Below, in pieces: positions 48,454-58,816 of a stretch of 64,000 nt of DNA (its first letter is position 1; every line of letters starts with the position of its first letter). Position numbers and translations under genes: made by a program. The notes under the pieces were generated by a model that did not search any database, was not told where the DNA came from, and was given only the letters and a program-made list of their open reading frames with translations. This DNA is from Promethearchaeota archaeon (GTDB lineage Archaea; Asgardarchaeota; Heimdallarchaeia; Hodarchaeales; Hodarchaeaceae), in contig JBHLMN010000007.1 of NCBI GenBank assembly GCA_048938105.1, positions 32,001-96,000 of the forward strand, in the 5' to 3' direction.

Positions 48454-49956
48454 TCAATGTCGAAAGCATCGGATCCCTGTCCAGACCATGACTATTTTAA
48501 ATTCATCAGCTGCTTCAATTGATTCACTATCACGTATTGATCCCCCAGAAGCGATTATTCCCCTGATACCTTTTTCTCCAGCAGCATCGATTGAGTCTCT
48601 AAATGGGAAGAACGAATCTGAAGCCAAGACAGCACCTTGTGATCTGTCATTAGCGCGGTTCAAAGCAAGTTTAACTGCTTCCACCCTCGATGGTTGTCCC
48701 ATTCCTATTCCAAGAGTTTTCCTATTAATGCAAACAACGGCCGCGTTTGATTTTACATATTTTACAACCTTCCATGCAAATATAAGATCTTTCACTTCTT
48801 GAGGAGTTGGACTTCTTTTTGTTACAACCCTAAGATCCTCTTCACCAATAACATGCTTATCAATGGATTGTGCTAATAAACCATTAGGTATCAGTCTAAC
48901 CGAGTATTGAGGCATTTCATACTTTTCGAATTTACAGAGAACAATTTTTTCTTTTCTTGTAAGAATTTCATACGCTTCTTTTTCATACTGTGGCGCAATG
49001 ATTGCATCTACAAACATTGCATTAAGTTTTATGGCTAGATTCTCGGTAATCGGCCGATTAAATCCCATTGCTGAACCGAATGCTGAAAGCTCGTCAGTTG
49101 CAAACGCATGATCAAAAGCTGTTTCAATATCCTCTGCACAAGCGAATCCACAAGGACTTGTGTGTTTAATAATAGCACAAGCGGGCTCTGTGTGTTCTGA
49201 AAAAAGTCCCATTGCCGTATGAAAATCCATTAAATTATTTAAAGAGACCTTTTTGCCATGCAATTGTTTGTAAAAAGGATTCTTATTCGATTGCAAATAG
49301 TATCTTGCATCTTGATGCCAATTTTCCCCATAACGTAAATCTTGAGGGTTCTCAAAGTTTAAGATGAAAGTAGAAGGAAACAAATCATTTGTTTTTTCAA
49401 CAAAATATTTACTGATTATGGCATCATATTTAGCAGTATAGAGAAAGGCTTTCTTTGCTAATTCCTTACGTAAATCGAGAGAAACTGTATCCCCTACAAT
49501 TGCATCACCAACGGAATTATAATCATTAAGACTACAAATGACAATAACTTCACGAAAGTTCTTAGCAGCAGCTCGAAGAAGAGTTACACCACCAATATCA
49601 ATATTTTCTGTAGTGTCTACCAAGTTATGTGGTTGTGAGATAACTTGTTGAAACGGATACAGATTTACAACTACTAGACCAAAAGGTTGAATCCCCATTT
49701 CCTTCATTTCTGATGAGTTATCAATCGTTCCAAGAATCCCTCCAAGAATTTTCGGATGTAGGGTTTTAACACGGCCACCTAGAATTTCTGGATATCCTGT
49801 ATGATTAGCAACAGTTTTAACTGGAATTTTCGCAGCATTAAGGATTTCAGCAGTTTTGCCTGTACTAATAAATGAATATCTTGATGAAACTTTCTTACAG
49901 AACTCTACTATTCCAGTTTTATCAAATACGCTAATTAATCCTTGATTTCTCTTCAT
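48454..49956 (-). CDS. purH: Bifunctional AICAR transformylase / IMP cyclohydrolase
   Basis: SVFDKTG, GRVKTLHP, IDIGG, LRYGENWHQ, KHTSPCG, ASDSFFPF, GGSIRD, R.FRH. Confidence 0.97.
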   Translation of the reverse strand: MKRNQGLISVFDKTGIVEFCKKVSSRYSFISTGKTAEILNAAKIPVKTVANHTGYPEILGGRVKTLHPKILGGILGTIDNSSEMKEMGIQPFGLVVVNLYPFQQVISQPHNLVDTTENIDIGGVTLLRAAAKNFREVIVICSLNDYNSVGDAIVGDTVSLDLRKELAKKAFLYTAKYDAIISKYFVEKTNDLFPSTFILNFENPQDLRYGENWHQDARYYLQSNKNPFYKQLHGKKVSLNNLMDFHTAMGLFSEHTEPACAIIKHTSPCGFACAEDIETAFDHAFATDELSAFGSAMGFNRPITENLAIKLNAMFVDAIIAPQYEKEAYEILTRKEKIVLCKFEKYEMPQYSVRLIPNGLLAQSIDKHVIGEEDLRVVTKRSPTPQEVKDLIFAWKVVKYVKSNAAVVCINRKTLGIGMGQPSRVEAVKLALNRANDRSQGAVLASDSFFPFRDSIDAAGEKGIRGIIASGGSIRDSESIEAADEFKIVMVWTGIRCFRH

Positions 49957-50521
49957 TAAGGTACACCATTAAACGGAATGAAAAGTTACAATCCTTTTTT
50001 TGTAAATTGAGGCACAATCCCTTTCTTCATCCTTAGTCAAAGTATCTAAATAAATAGATTGGCTGGAATCCAAACTAGTTTTATAACAAACAAAACTAGT
50101 TTATCAAAAGAAAAGGATAAAAGAACCAACAAAAGAATTTTCTCTGCAAGTTTTTGACATCTTGAAAAGATAAGTTGGTTGGTATGTTCTTGGACTGGCA
50201 ATAACGGAGAAGAATGTGTATTCACATCTCCTAGCACTTAATCTAATCCAACTCCTTGAAATTACTATTCTTTTTTTGAAAATTACGAATCAGAAAAGCC
50301 ATTCTAACATATTCAACTTTTTTAATAACATATTTTCAGCGCCTCTTATCTTCTGTCTTATAACATGTTGGCGCTGGTGGCACTGGTTTTAGGGCTCTAT
50401 TAAGGTATATTGGCTACTCTTACACACCTGAGGACTTTAAGAGCTTCTATATGCTCAATAAATTGAATCCCACTCATTTTTTCGGATGTCAATAACTTGT
50501 CAATAAAGAACGTAAAAACGA

Positions 50522-51838
50522 GTGAAAAAAATGAGAAAACGAAAAAGATTCGAGTTAGACGAGAATGAATTACCCAAAAAATGGTGTAATATCCTTCCTG
50601 ATTTACCCAGACCATTCCCTCCACCTCTTTCACCAGCGACCAACGAACCATTGGATCCCAAAGATTTAGAAGTCTTATTCGCTAAGGAACTGATTAAACA
50701 AGAGATTGCTAAGGAATCTAACATATCGATTCCAGAGGAAATTAGGGAAATGTTAAAAAATATTCGACCCTCACCTCTAATCAGGGCTAACAGTCTGGAA
50801 GAATTTCTAAAGACTAAAGTGAAAATTTATTACAAATATGAAGGAGAAAGATCCCCTACTGGCTCACACAAAGTGAATACTGCTATTGCACAGGCATACT
50901 ATAATGCAAAGGAAGGAACGGAGACTTTAACAACAGAAACTGGTGCTGGGCAATGGGGAAGCGCTTTAGCTTACTCCAGTCAACTTTTCGACGTGAATTG
51001 TCAAGTTATGATGGTCAGAGCGAGTTATGATCAAAAACCCCACAGAAGAACCATAATGGAGTTATATGGAGCAGAAGTCCATCCCTCACCTTCAACGATA
51101 ACAGACTTCGGTAAAAAACTTTTAAACTCAGATCCACGACATCCTGGTAGCTTAGGTATCGCAATCAGTGAAGCTATTACATTAGCTCTTCAAGACGAGA
51201 AAACAAAGTATTCTTTAGGTTCAGTGCTAAACCATGTTCTGCTGCATCAGACAGTTATCGGCCTTGAGGCTATTAATCAATTTCACATGGCAGAAAATGA
51301 TTCTTCAGGGCCAGATTTCGTAGTGGGCTGTGTTGGAGGAGGTTCAAACTTTTCAGGTTTAGCTTATCCATTTATCCGTGAAAAACTGAGAAATGGTTAT
51401 GAAATGCAAGCAGTAGCAGCAGAATCCACGGCTGCGTCAAAAATGTCTGATGGAGATTATCGATATGATTTCGGTGATACCGCGAATATGACCCCTTTAT
51501 TGAAAATGCACACATTGGGTTCTGATTATATACCACCACCCATTCATGCGGGAGGTTTAAGATATCATGGTGTTGCTCCTAGCTTGTCTGTGTTAATCAA
51601 TACAGGCCACGTAACCCCATGTAAATATACTCAACAGACCGCATTTAAAGCTGCAGAAATTTTTGCTAAAAATGAAGGAATTATTTCGGCTCCAGAATCC
51701 GCTCACGCCATTGCAGCAGTGATCGATATCGCAAGAGAACACAAAGATGAAGAACTAACTATTATCTTTAATCTTTCTGGCCATGGCTTACTCGATTTAT
51801 TAGGATACCAGAGATATATCGCTAATGAACTTGAATAA
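50522..51838 (+). CDS. trpB2: TrpB2-type tryptophan synthase beta protein
   Basis: GSHKVNTA, TETGAGQWG, LGSVLNHV, GGGSNF, HAGGLRYHG, APESAHA, LSGHG. Confidence 0.95.
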   Translation: MKKMRKRKRFELDENELPKKWCNILPDLPRPFPPPLSPATNEPLDPKDLEVLFAKELIKQEIAKESNISIPEEIREMLKNIRPSPLIRANSLEEFLKTKVKIYYKYEGERSPTGSHKVNTAIAQAYYNAKEGTETLTTETGAGQWGSALAYSSQLFDVNCQVMMVRASYDQKPHRRTIMELYGAEVHPSPSTITDFGKKLLNSDPRHPGSLGIAISEAITLALQDEKTKYSLGSVLNHVLLHQTVIGLEAINQFHMAENDSSGPDFVVGCVGGGSNFSGLAYPFIREKLRNGYEMQAVAAESTAASKMSDGDYRYDFGDTANMTPLLKMHTLGSDYIPPPIHAGGLRYHGVAPSLSVLINTGHVTPCKYTQQTAFKAAEIFAKNEGIISAPESAHAIAAVIDIAREHKDEELTIIFNLSGHGLLDLLGYQRYIANELE

Positions 51839-52034
51839 CCATCTTTTCCTCTTTTTTCTATTTTTTATCAGGTGAGAATCACAGTTAATTCTAGTAGGAG
51901 AGATAATTGGAAATCAAATAGTTGATTATTCGGGAACGCATAGGAATGTCTAATATGAATCAACTAAAGAAAGACCATTTAAGATAACTATATTCGAAGA
52001 GAAAAAAAGAGAAAGAGGGAATGAGGAATTATCC

Positions 52035-52991
52035 TTAGAGCTTCTTTGTTGTATTCAGTGCTGTTTCTATGAGAACTGGTGTATCAGCCCCTATTATCAA
52101 TAATGAGTCATCATGATTTTGGATAGCCATTACCCATAATAAGGCAAGGAGTTCAGTTGAGGTTAGGTTCAATTGCTGCCCCATAGCATAATAAGCCATT
52201 CTTTCAGCAGTTAAAGTTATGTTTAACGCTTGGGCTTGAGCTTCCATGGTAATGAGGTAAGCTTCAGCTTCAGCTACAGCTGTTACAATCGTTATATTCG
52301 CATTGGCTTGAGCTTCAATAATTTGAGTCTGTGCACGGATAATTGCGGCCTCCTGCTCGTACAGAGCAATCTGGTACTGCTGCTGCGCAATCTGTACTAG
52401 TTTCAGCGCCTCCTCGAATTCATCTGGGAGGTCTATTTCTCGAAGTTGAAAATAGACTACATCCGCGTACATCTTGTCAATATCTCGTACTAGATAAACA
52501 AACATCTGATCTCCGATGAAAGTTCGATTATTAAAGAATTCAATAGCATTGTAAAAGCTCGTGACATCTCTTAAGGTTGTTCTAGATTGTCCGATGAAAC
52601 GCTCTTCATACTCATCAGCAAAGGTTCCGTATAATTCAAGGAGTTGAGACTTTTGAAGACGATACTGAAATGACAATTGAATATGAATCAAAAGACCATC
52701 TTTTGTCCGAGAATCTAGGGGATATGAATCATAAAACTCTATTGTTTCTACAGTTCTGGGGAATTTGATGAAGTGATTAAATAAACCTATGTGATAAAAC
52801 CCTTTTTCATAAACCTTATCTTCGATTTCTTGTGTAATATCATTTTGATTTAACCCAAATTGGTTGTAACCGACACTATCAAAAGCTAGTAAAAAATATA
52901 TAATGATTACACTTGAAAAAATAATAACTCCAATCACTGTCCCTTTCAAGATATTTATTCTATTAATAAAAATCTTTTCTTTTTCATTCAT
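52035..52991 (-). CDS. SPFH/band 7 (prohibitin-like) membrane protein
   Basis: N-terminal TM, SRTKDGL.I.I..SFQY, FQLREIDLP, AEA-rich coiled coil. Confidence 0.88.
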   Translation of the reverse strand: MNEKEKIFINRINILKGTVIGVIIFSSVIIIYFLLAFDSVGYNQFGLNQNDITQEIEDKVYEKGFYHIGLFNHFIKFPRTVETIEFYDSYPLDSRTKDGLLIHIQLSFQYRLQKSQLLELYGTFADEYEERFIGQSRTTLRDVTSFYNAIEFFNNRTFIGDQMFVYLVRDIDKMYADVVYFQLREIDLPDEFEEALKLVQIAQQQYQIALYEQEAAIIRAQTQIIEAQANANITIVTAVAEAEAYLITMEAQAQALNITLTAERMAYYAMGQQLNLTSTELLALLWVMAIQNHDDSLLIIGADTPVLIETALNTTKKL

Positions 52992-53533
52992 TGTACTCTC
53001 TGTTTGCTAGGGAACTTAGTAATGGATATTAACTTATGGATTCCAGAATCCGAATGTTTATAAGATTGGTAGACGAATATAGCTGCATAGAATTGAGAAA
53101 TCCCGCTTTAACTTAGATTAATTCACTAATATATTCTTTCTTTTGAGTTCACTTAATTTAGGAGGGGAAGAATTAAACTAATGATATGGCCTTCAAGTTT
53201 ACTTTAAGCTCATGTGTGAGTATTCCTTTGAAAAATACAGAGTAGTAGACAAATAGTAGATCAAAACACTCATTAATTCAACTAGAGGAGAAAAAAAGTT
53301 CTAGATACCCCCCATGTCCGACAAAAAGAATATAAGAACTCACCAATTAGCAAATCGGGTGGATTTTTTCTTTAAAAGCGGAGAAATTCTCGAGCTAATC
53401 TTTTATTGATTGATTCTCCATAATTTCTAAAAAGAAATCAAATAAGCCAAACAGATTGTGAAAAGAGCGATTCTATCTAAATGAATTCCAAAACTTTCTG
53501 AAATGTCTATAAGAAGACTAATTAGGGAGTTAA

Positions 53534-54250
53534 ATGTCACCAAATGAATATCTTCTTAAAATTGTTTGTTTGGGAAGCCCATCCTCCAATAAAACAAAAA
53601 TTCTTAGAGGTTACTCTGAAGGAAAATTCACTACTGATTATTTACCAACATTAGGAGTTGACATTACAACTAAACAAATCAAAATAGATGATAATCAAAT
53701 TAAATTAATAATTGTGGATACAGCGGGAGAGAAATTCTTTGGAAAATTACGACCCAGTTATTATCGGGGTGCCTCTGGTGCACTAATCTTCTTTGATCAT
53801 AAAAAACGAAAATCATTTTATTCACATCCAACCTCGCAACTATTTACTAAGAAAGTGGAAAAGCTCCCTAATATCTGGCAAAAAACGAAGCTTGGATTAA
53901 AACATTTTTTTTATAGGTTTTTTCCCAAAAAAAGAATTAAACTGGATGAAAAGAAAAATAAGACTTTCAATAAACAAGAAGTTCGGAATAATTATACTCA
54001 GTCAGTTATAATCCAATTTTACAACGAATTCAGGAAGTATCAACCTAATTCAAATATTCCAATCGGATTAATTGGGATTCAGAATGGACCCGAATCCTTT
54101 CAAATTACTATAAATGAAGCTCAAGATTTAGCTAATCAATTATGTATAGATTATTTTGCCATTAAACCTAGAGATTCTAGCGATTTAGAGAAAATAATGA
54201 TGCATTTGACTCGTCAGGTACTTGAAAATAAAGGAGTGAGCTGCACATGA
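53534..54250 (+). CDS. Rab-like small GTPase with degenerate motifs and a basic insertion
   Basis: YLLKIVCLG, F..DYLPTLGVD, IKLIIVDTAGE, LRPSYYRGASGA. Confidence 0.85.
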   Translation: MSPNEYLLKIVCLGSPSSNKTKILRGYSEGKFTTDYLPTLGVDITTKQIKIDDNQIKLIIVDTAGEKFFGKLRPSYYRGASGALIFFDHKKRKSFYSHPTSQLFTKKVEKLPNIWQKTKLGLKHFFYRFFPKKRIKLDEKKNKTFNKQEVRNNYTQSVIIQFYNEFRKYQPNSNIPIGLIGIQNGPESFQITINEAQDLANQLCIDYFAIKPRDSSDLEKIMMHLTRQVLENKGVSCT

Positions 54251-54348
54251 ATCCATATTGGATTTCCTTCAAACAACCTAGGATTCGCTTCCTCCTTGAT
54301 TCGATACAAAGCCTTTTTGAGAGATACATGGAGAAAGAAATCTTGTGA
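54247..54348 (+). CDS. Candidate 33-aa small ORF coupled to both neighbours
   Basis: MNPYWISFKQPRIRFLLDSIQSLFERYMEKEIL; ATGA overlap upstream, TGATG overlap downstream. Confidence 0.35.
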   Translation: MNPYWISFKQPRIRFLLDSIQSLFERYMEKEIL

Positions 54349-54638
54349 TGAAACCTTATATTAAATTTACTGTAGAATTAAATTCTAGAGTACCTAAATC
54401 TACAATTCGACAATTATTGCTTACAATATGTCCATTTGACCACCTTTATAATGAAGTAAGAAGAAAGAATCATTCTTCGTATGATATTCAAGTCTTCTTT
54501 CAAGAATCTGAATATCTAGAAACCTCTCATCAGATGCTAGAAAAAAAGGCTAAAAAAATGGCTGAAAAGCTAGATTCGCAACTTCCCCAAGTGGGAAAAG
54601 GAAAAGTCATAAAAATTAAAATCGGAGTTATCTCCTAA
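54345..54638 (+). CDS. Hypothetical protein
   Basis: 97-aa ORF co-oriented with the GTPase; GGAG upstream. Confidence 0.55.
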   Translation: MMKPYIKFTVELNSRVPKSTIRQLLLTICPFDHLYNEVRRKNHSSYDIQVFFQESEYLETSHQMLEKKAKKMAEKLDSQLPQVGKGKVIKIKIGVIS

Positions 54639-54896
54639 TGAAAATACCTAAATGGGCTTAATTAACACCAAAATCCTAACATAAGAGAAAATTTTGTTCG
54701 TTCTGTAATTATCTAAACAAATTTCCTATATTTTATCATTATAAATCCTCAGAAGTGAAAGGTGAAATTGACATCCGAAAAAAATATTAGTTTCATAAAC
54801 AAAAGCTTTGACTATAAAGGATATGTATCCTTCTTTTGGTTTAACTTAATACAGATAGGTTAGGATTCTAATAATTATGTACAACTCATCCTTACT

Positions 54897-55634
54897 TTAA
54901 GTTTGAATTGTAAACTCATGTGCTCGTCCCCTAGTTCCCACACGACTTAAAATCCCTAATTTACAAAGACTATAAGTAATACATCCAGGAATTCTTCGAA
55001 CTCGTCTCTTTCCCCCCTGAATCTTTATTCGTTCAGCTAAATCGTTGTTAGTAAAGATATCTGGTAAGTCATATGGTAAAACATTGATGAAATCGTTCCT
55101 TGTACTAAATTGTTTTATTTCTTGAACGTGTAATAGATCTCTCTGCACAACCTTGTATTTATATCTCTTACTTCTCCTCCAAAAACCCATAGATTCTTTT
55201 AGAACATGTTCTTCAATGAATAAGATATCAAATCTCATTCTGTTTGGGATAAATTTCACTTTGAAAAACACTAATTTTTCAAATAATGTATAAATATCTC
55301 CCCGTTTGTTATAATAACTGACTCTGACAGTGTCGGAGTCACGAATGAAGCGAGTTACTTTTTGTTTAAGTACGATGGGATGTACAATGATTATTTTCAA
55401 TTGAGAATACTCTAGTAGGTCTTTTATTTTTTCAGAGAATTTCCCCCCAAAGTTGGAACGATGAATCTCATATACTGCCATTCTTTCTTTGTCGAGAACA
55501 TCAATTCGGTATTTTCTCCCATTCAGCTGCACAATAGCTTCTTCTGTACCCCGTACTTTATCTAAGTAATAATTTTTTAGCTTCTGATGAAGCCATGTCT
55601 GATTTCTTGGTGGTTGAGGTGCTAGAGTGTCCAC
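54897..55634 (-). CDS. PD-(D/E)XK-like nuclease-fold protein with C-terminal wHTH
   Basis: LHQKLKNYY...E...RIDV...YEIH; C-terminal FTNNDLA...TYSLCKLGIL.RVG.RGRA. Confidence 0.6.
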   Translation of the reverse strand: MDTLAPQPPRNQTWLHQKLKNYYLDKVRGTEEAIVQLNGRKYRIDVLDKERMAVYEIHRSNFGGKFSEKIKDLLEYSQLKIIIVHPIVLKQKVTRFIRDSDTVRVSYYNKRGDIYTLFEKLVFFKVKFIPNRMRFDILFIEEHVLKESMGFWRRSKRYKYKVVQRDLLHVQEIKQFSTRNDFINVLPYDLPDIFTNNDLAERIKIQGGKRRVRRIPGCITYSLCKLGILSRVGTRGRAHEFTIQT

Positions 55635-55736
55635 TTTTTTCAGCTTTTTCGTTGCTTTTTATGAAGGGTTTACTTCTGTATATGTAAAAAGATCTATATT
55701 ATGACCGTCATGTCAACAGTATTTGATTGAAATCTG

Positions 55737-56810
55737 TTATAAATCGTTGGGAAGATGTATAGCAAATTGACATTCGTCGTTACCCTTGAGAACCGATTTC
55801 ACGATTTCAATCTTAACCGATTTTCCCAGAGTACCCTCCCATTGTTGCCGAAACCAACCTGCACCACAGTAGCAAAATGTGATCGGCATTTCTTCATCAT
55901 CTAAACGATTCCGTATAATGGGACAAAAACAATAGGCTTTTCTTTTCTCTGCTTTATCTGTCGCTTTCTCATATCCTTGAGGATCACGTGGTATTTTAGT
56001 CGAATAGATGATATTCCCATTTCTTATAGGCCGCTTAGCCCAAGCTGGATCCTTCTCCATAAAATCTAATACGGCATCAACAGCCTTCAATGGATCATTG
56101 GTTTGTTTCTTGGTTTTTTCATAAAGAGTTCTGATCTTTTCAATAGGTTCCTTGGCAAAGACATGAGCACAACTTGAGATGATCTTATACTTTTGTTCTT
56201 CTTCAGCTAGATTATCTAATCTTTTCAAAGCTCCTTTGATCCATTGATGGCGTTCATCAAGCGAGGAATCAATAGTGAGATCTTCATTACCTTTCATGAC
56301 TTCTTGTTTTGTTTCTTCTCCTAAAATTTGTTCTAGACTCTTACTAAATAACCTATTCCAATCATGGATCACAAACTGTAACTCAATCTCATTCCCTTCA
56401 GGATTATTAGAATCCAAATAGACTTCTCGTGAAAATTCATCAGAAATAAGCCCATGTTCGTATGCATAACTATAGAGTTTTCTTAATGTCTCCCTTATTT
56501 TCCCTACTGAACCTTTATGGACAAGTGATAAAACTTCCATCTCTGGAAGCATCCTAGTTTTGATACCACTAGTTTGAACATCCTGGGATACTGGGAAACC
56601 CGCTTCAATGTCAAATCCTTCTTTAACACTTGTAATAAAATGATAAATACAAAATCCTGGACCCGATATAACCTCCTTGGGAATATTTTGATTTAATTTG
56701 TGAAATAATGCTTGTATTTCTTTTCTTTCTTTAAGATTGAAGCGAATACTGGCGATTAATGTGGTTTCAAGCTTTTTGTGTTTAATTGCTAATTCTGATT
56801 GTGAATTCAT
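55737..56810 (-). CDS. GyrI-like ligand-binding domain plus Cys-rich (DUF6144/V4R-like) domain
   Basis: HKGS...LYSY...REVYL; SCAH, YCFCP, FCYCGAGW, SVLKGNDECQF. Confidence 0.7.
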   Translation of the reverse strand: MNSQSELAIKHKKLETTLIASIRFNLKERKEIQALFHKLNQNIPKEVISGPGFCIYHFITSVKEGFDIEAGFPVSQDVQTSGIKTRMLPEMEVLSLVHKGSVGKIRETLRKLYSYAYEHGLISDEFSREVYLDSNNPEGNEIELQFVIHDWNRLFSKSLEQILGEETKQEVMKGNEDLTIDSSLDERHQWIKGALKRLDNLAEEEQKYKIISSCAHVFAKEPIEKIRTLYEKTKKQTNDPLKAVDAVLDFMEKDPAWAKRPIRNGNIIYSTKIPRDPQGYEKATDKAEKRKAYCFCPIIRNRLDDEEMPITFCYCGAGWFRQQWEGTLGKSVKIEIVKSVLKGNDECQFAIHLPNDL

Positions 56811-57019
56811 CTTCCTATCTCAACCAAATTTAGGATGAACATTATTCTAGACAAAAAAATATTGTAAAATAAAATCCTATTAATTTCGCAGTTGTAAAGC
56901 CTTTTTTATTGGATTACAAAAACAGGGTCTTCATAAATAATTTTTGACCTGTGCAATTTCCATTAGACATTATTAAATCATAGGAAGGTAAAAAATCTTT
57001 AGCTTACCAGAACCTTGTT

Positions 57020-58816
57020 TTACTCTATTATTTGACCATCTTTCATTCTCACAACTCTGTCTGCAAATGCTGCCATTTCTTGATCGTGAGTAACAACAAT
57101 GAAAGCGATTCCTTTTTCATTACAGAGACGTCTAAAGTTAGTAAGCACTTGTCTTCCAGTTTCACTGTCTAGATCTCCAGTCGGTTCATCTGCGAATACA
57201 ACTAGAGGATCGTTAACACATGCTCGTGCAATTATAACACGTTGTAATTGCCCTCCCGAAAGTTTCATAGGATCCTGGTTTGTATACTCTGTTAATCCAA
57301 GGTTTTCTAATAGTTCATGAACTCGCTGTTTGATATTCTTGGTATTACCAGCCATCTGTGCTGGGAGCGCTACATTTTCATACACAGTTAGACGTGGGTC
57401 TAGAACATATTGTTGAAACACAAAACCAATTTTGTTTCGGCGAAATTCCGAGAGCTCATTATCACTCACCTGTGAAATATCTCTTCCCTCAAAATACACT
57501 TTCCCATAATCCGGAACATCTAAACCAGCCATGATATTAATTAAAGTCGTTTTTCCCGATCCAGAGGGCCCTAAGACTGCAACAAATTCTCCTTGTTGGA
57601 TTTTAAGATTAGCTCCCCGAAGGGCATAAACTGTGCTATTCGTGGGTTTATAGGTTTTATGAAGGCCAATTGCTTCTATAATTATCCCTGTTTCATGTTC
57701 ATAAGTAACTGAATCCTTCACTGATTCCAAAGCAACTCCTCCTGACTCTGGAGACAGAAAAGCGATATCCATAAAACGATCAGCCCAAATTTTTGCTTCT
57801 CTTAATTGAATTGGCAGTTTTATTATGGCTGAATGAAACTGTTCTAGATTCACTCGGATTTTTCCTTGTTGCGCTTCTTTTTGGAGCTTCCTTAATGATT
57901 TTTGAAGAATCCGTAAGGTCTCAATATTGTTTTCATATTTTAATTTCAAATCAGCTAGATTTTTACCATTACTTATACGATGTTTGATTTCCTTCCCGAA
58001 TCCATTTAATAATTCAATCTCTTCATGTGCAATTGAGTGAATCTCCTTAATTCGTGTAATTTGACGAACAATTGTTCTGAGGGCATCAATTCCTCCAACT
58101 ATGTCACCCAGAAGAATCCCGAAAGCTTCCGATGCTAGATCAGGATTAGAGATTGTTATAATATTTGATCCTTCAAAAGCACTCTTTACATCATTCGTTC
58201 GGGCTGAAATGTCATCTAGTAGTTGATTCAGTGATTTCAAGAAAGATTGTGCGAAGTTAAGGATTAATAGCTCATCAAAAGCATGGAGTGCTGAAGAAGA
58301 CTCCCCATATTTACGATGAAACGTACCATCATGTACAACAATTTGATCCTCACGAGCCTCATCGAATGACCAGAATATAATCCATGAACGTTCCACAATA
58401 AAATCAATGGCGTGTTCGATAAAATCAACCATTTTGTGATTTTCTTGAGTAATTAAATCTTCAGGATTAGGAGGACAGTTAGTCATAGTTTCTAAAAATC
58501 TCGCTAAAATTCTATGAGATTCTATTTCTGAACGATTACGTTTAGTTCGCGAGCGTAAGAGCTTTGATGTTCTCTTAATGTACTTACGATACAAGGAATG
58601 AATGGGTTTTTCCGTTTCGAGTCTGTTCTGTGATTTAATGCCATCTATATTCTTATAATGACTATTTGCTAGCATAAAAGTATTTAATTCTCCAACTGTG
58701 GATGTTTTCAAAGTTTTTTGAAGATCTTTCTGTAGTTTCTTGTTTCCAAATCGATCTAACTTATCGATTAAGAATCCAACCATTAATTGTCCATTCCACG
58801 TATTATCAGTCTTCAT
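57020..58816 (-). CDS. LolD/MacB-type ABC ATPase with ~370-aa N-terminal extension
   Basis: [34 protein letters not shown] at the C-terminus. Confidence 0.88.
   Translation of the reverse strand: MKTDNTWNGQLMVGFLIDKLDRFGNKKLQKDLQKTLKTSTVGELNTFMLANSHYKNIDGIKSQNRLETEKPIHSLYRKYIKRTSKLLRSRTKRNRSEIESHRILARFLETMTNCPPNPEDLITQENHKMVDFIEHAIDFIVERSWIIFWSFDEAREDQIVVHDGTFHRKYGESSSALHAFDELLILNFAQSFLKSLNQLLDDISARTNDVKSAFEGSNIITISNPDLASEAFGILLGDIVGGIDALRTIVRQITRIKEIHSIAHEEIELLNGFGKEIKHRISNGKNLADLKLKYENNIETLRILQKSLRKLQKEAQQGKIRVNLEQFHSAIIKLPIQLREAKIWADRFMDIAFLSPESGGVALESVKDSVTYEHETGIIIEAIGLHKTYKPTNSTVYALRGANLKIQQGEFVAVLGPSGSGKTTLINIMAGLDVPDYGKVYFEGRDISQVSDNELSEFRRNKIGFVFQQYVLDPRLTVYENVALPAQMAGNTKNIKQRVHELLENLGLTEYTNQDPMKLSGGQLQRVIIARACVNDPLVVFADEPTGDLDSETGRQVLTNFRRLCNEKGIAFIVVTHDQEMAAFADRVVRMKDGQIIE

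Noticed and set aside
49960-50520. Transposase remnant or small gene between purH and trpB2
   Set aside because: Short broken frames exist, but I found no recognisable motif, terminal repeats or target duplication
53314-53409. 31-aa ORF MSDKKNIRTHQ... upstream of the Rab-like gene
   Set aside because: SD-like GAGGAG is too distant, there is no coupling to neighbours, and the length is expected by chance
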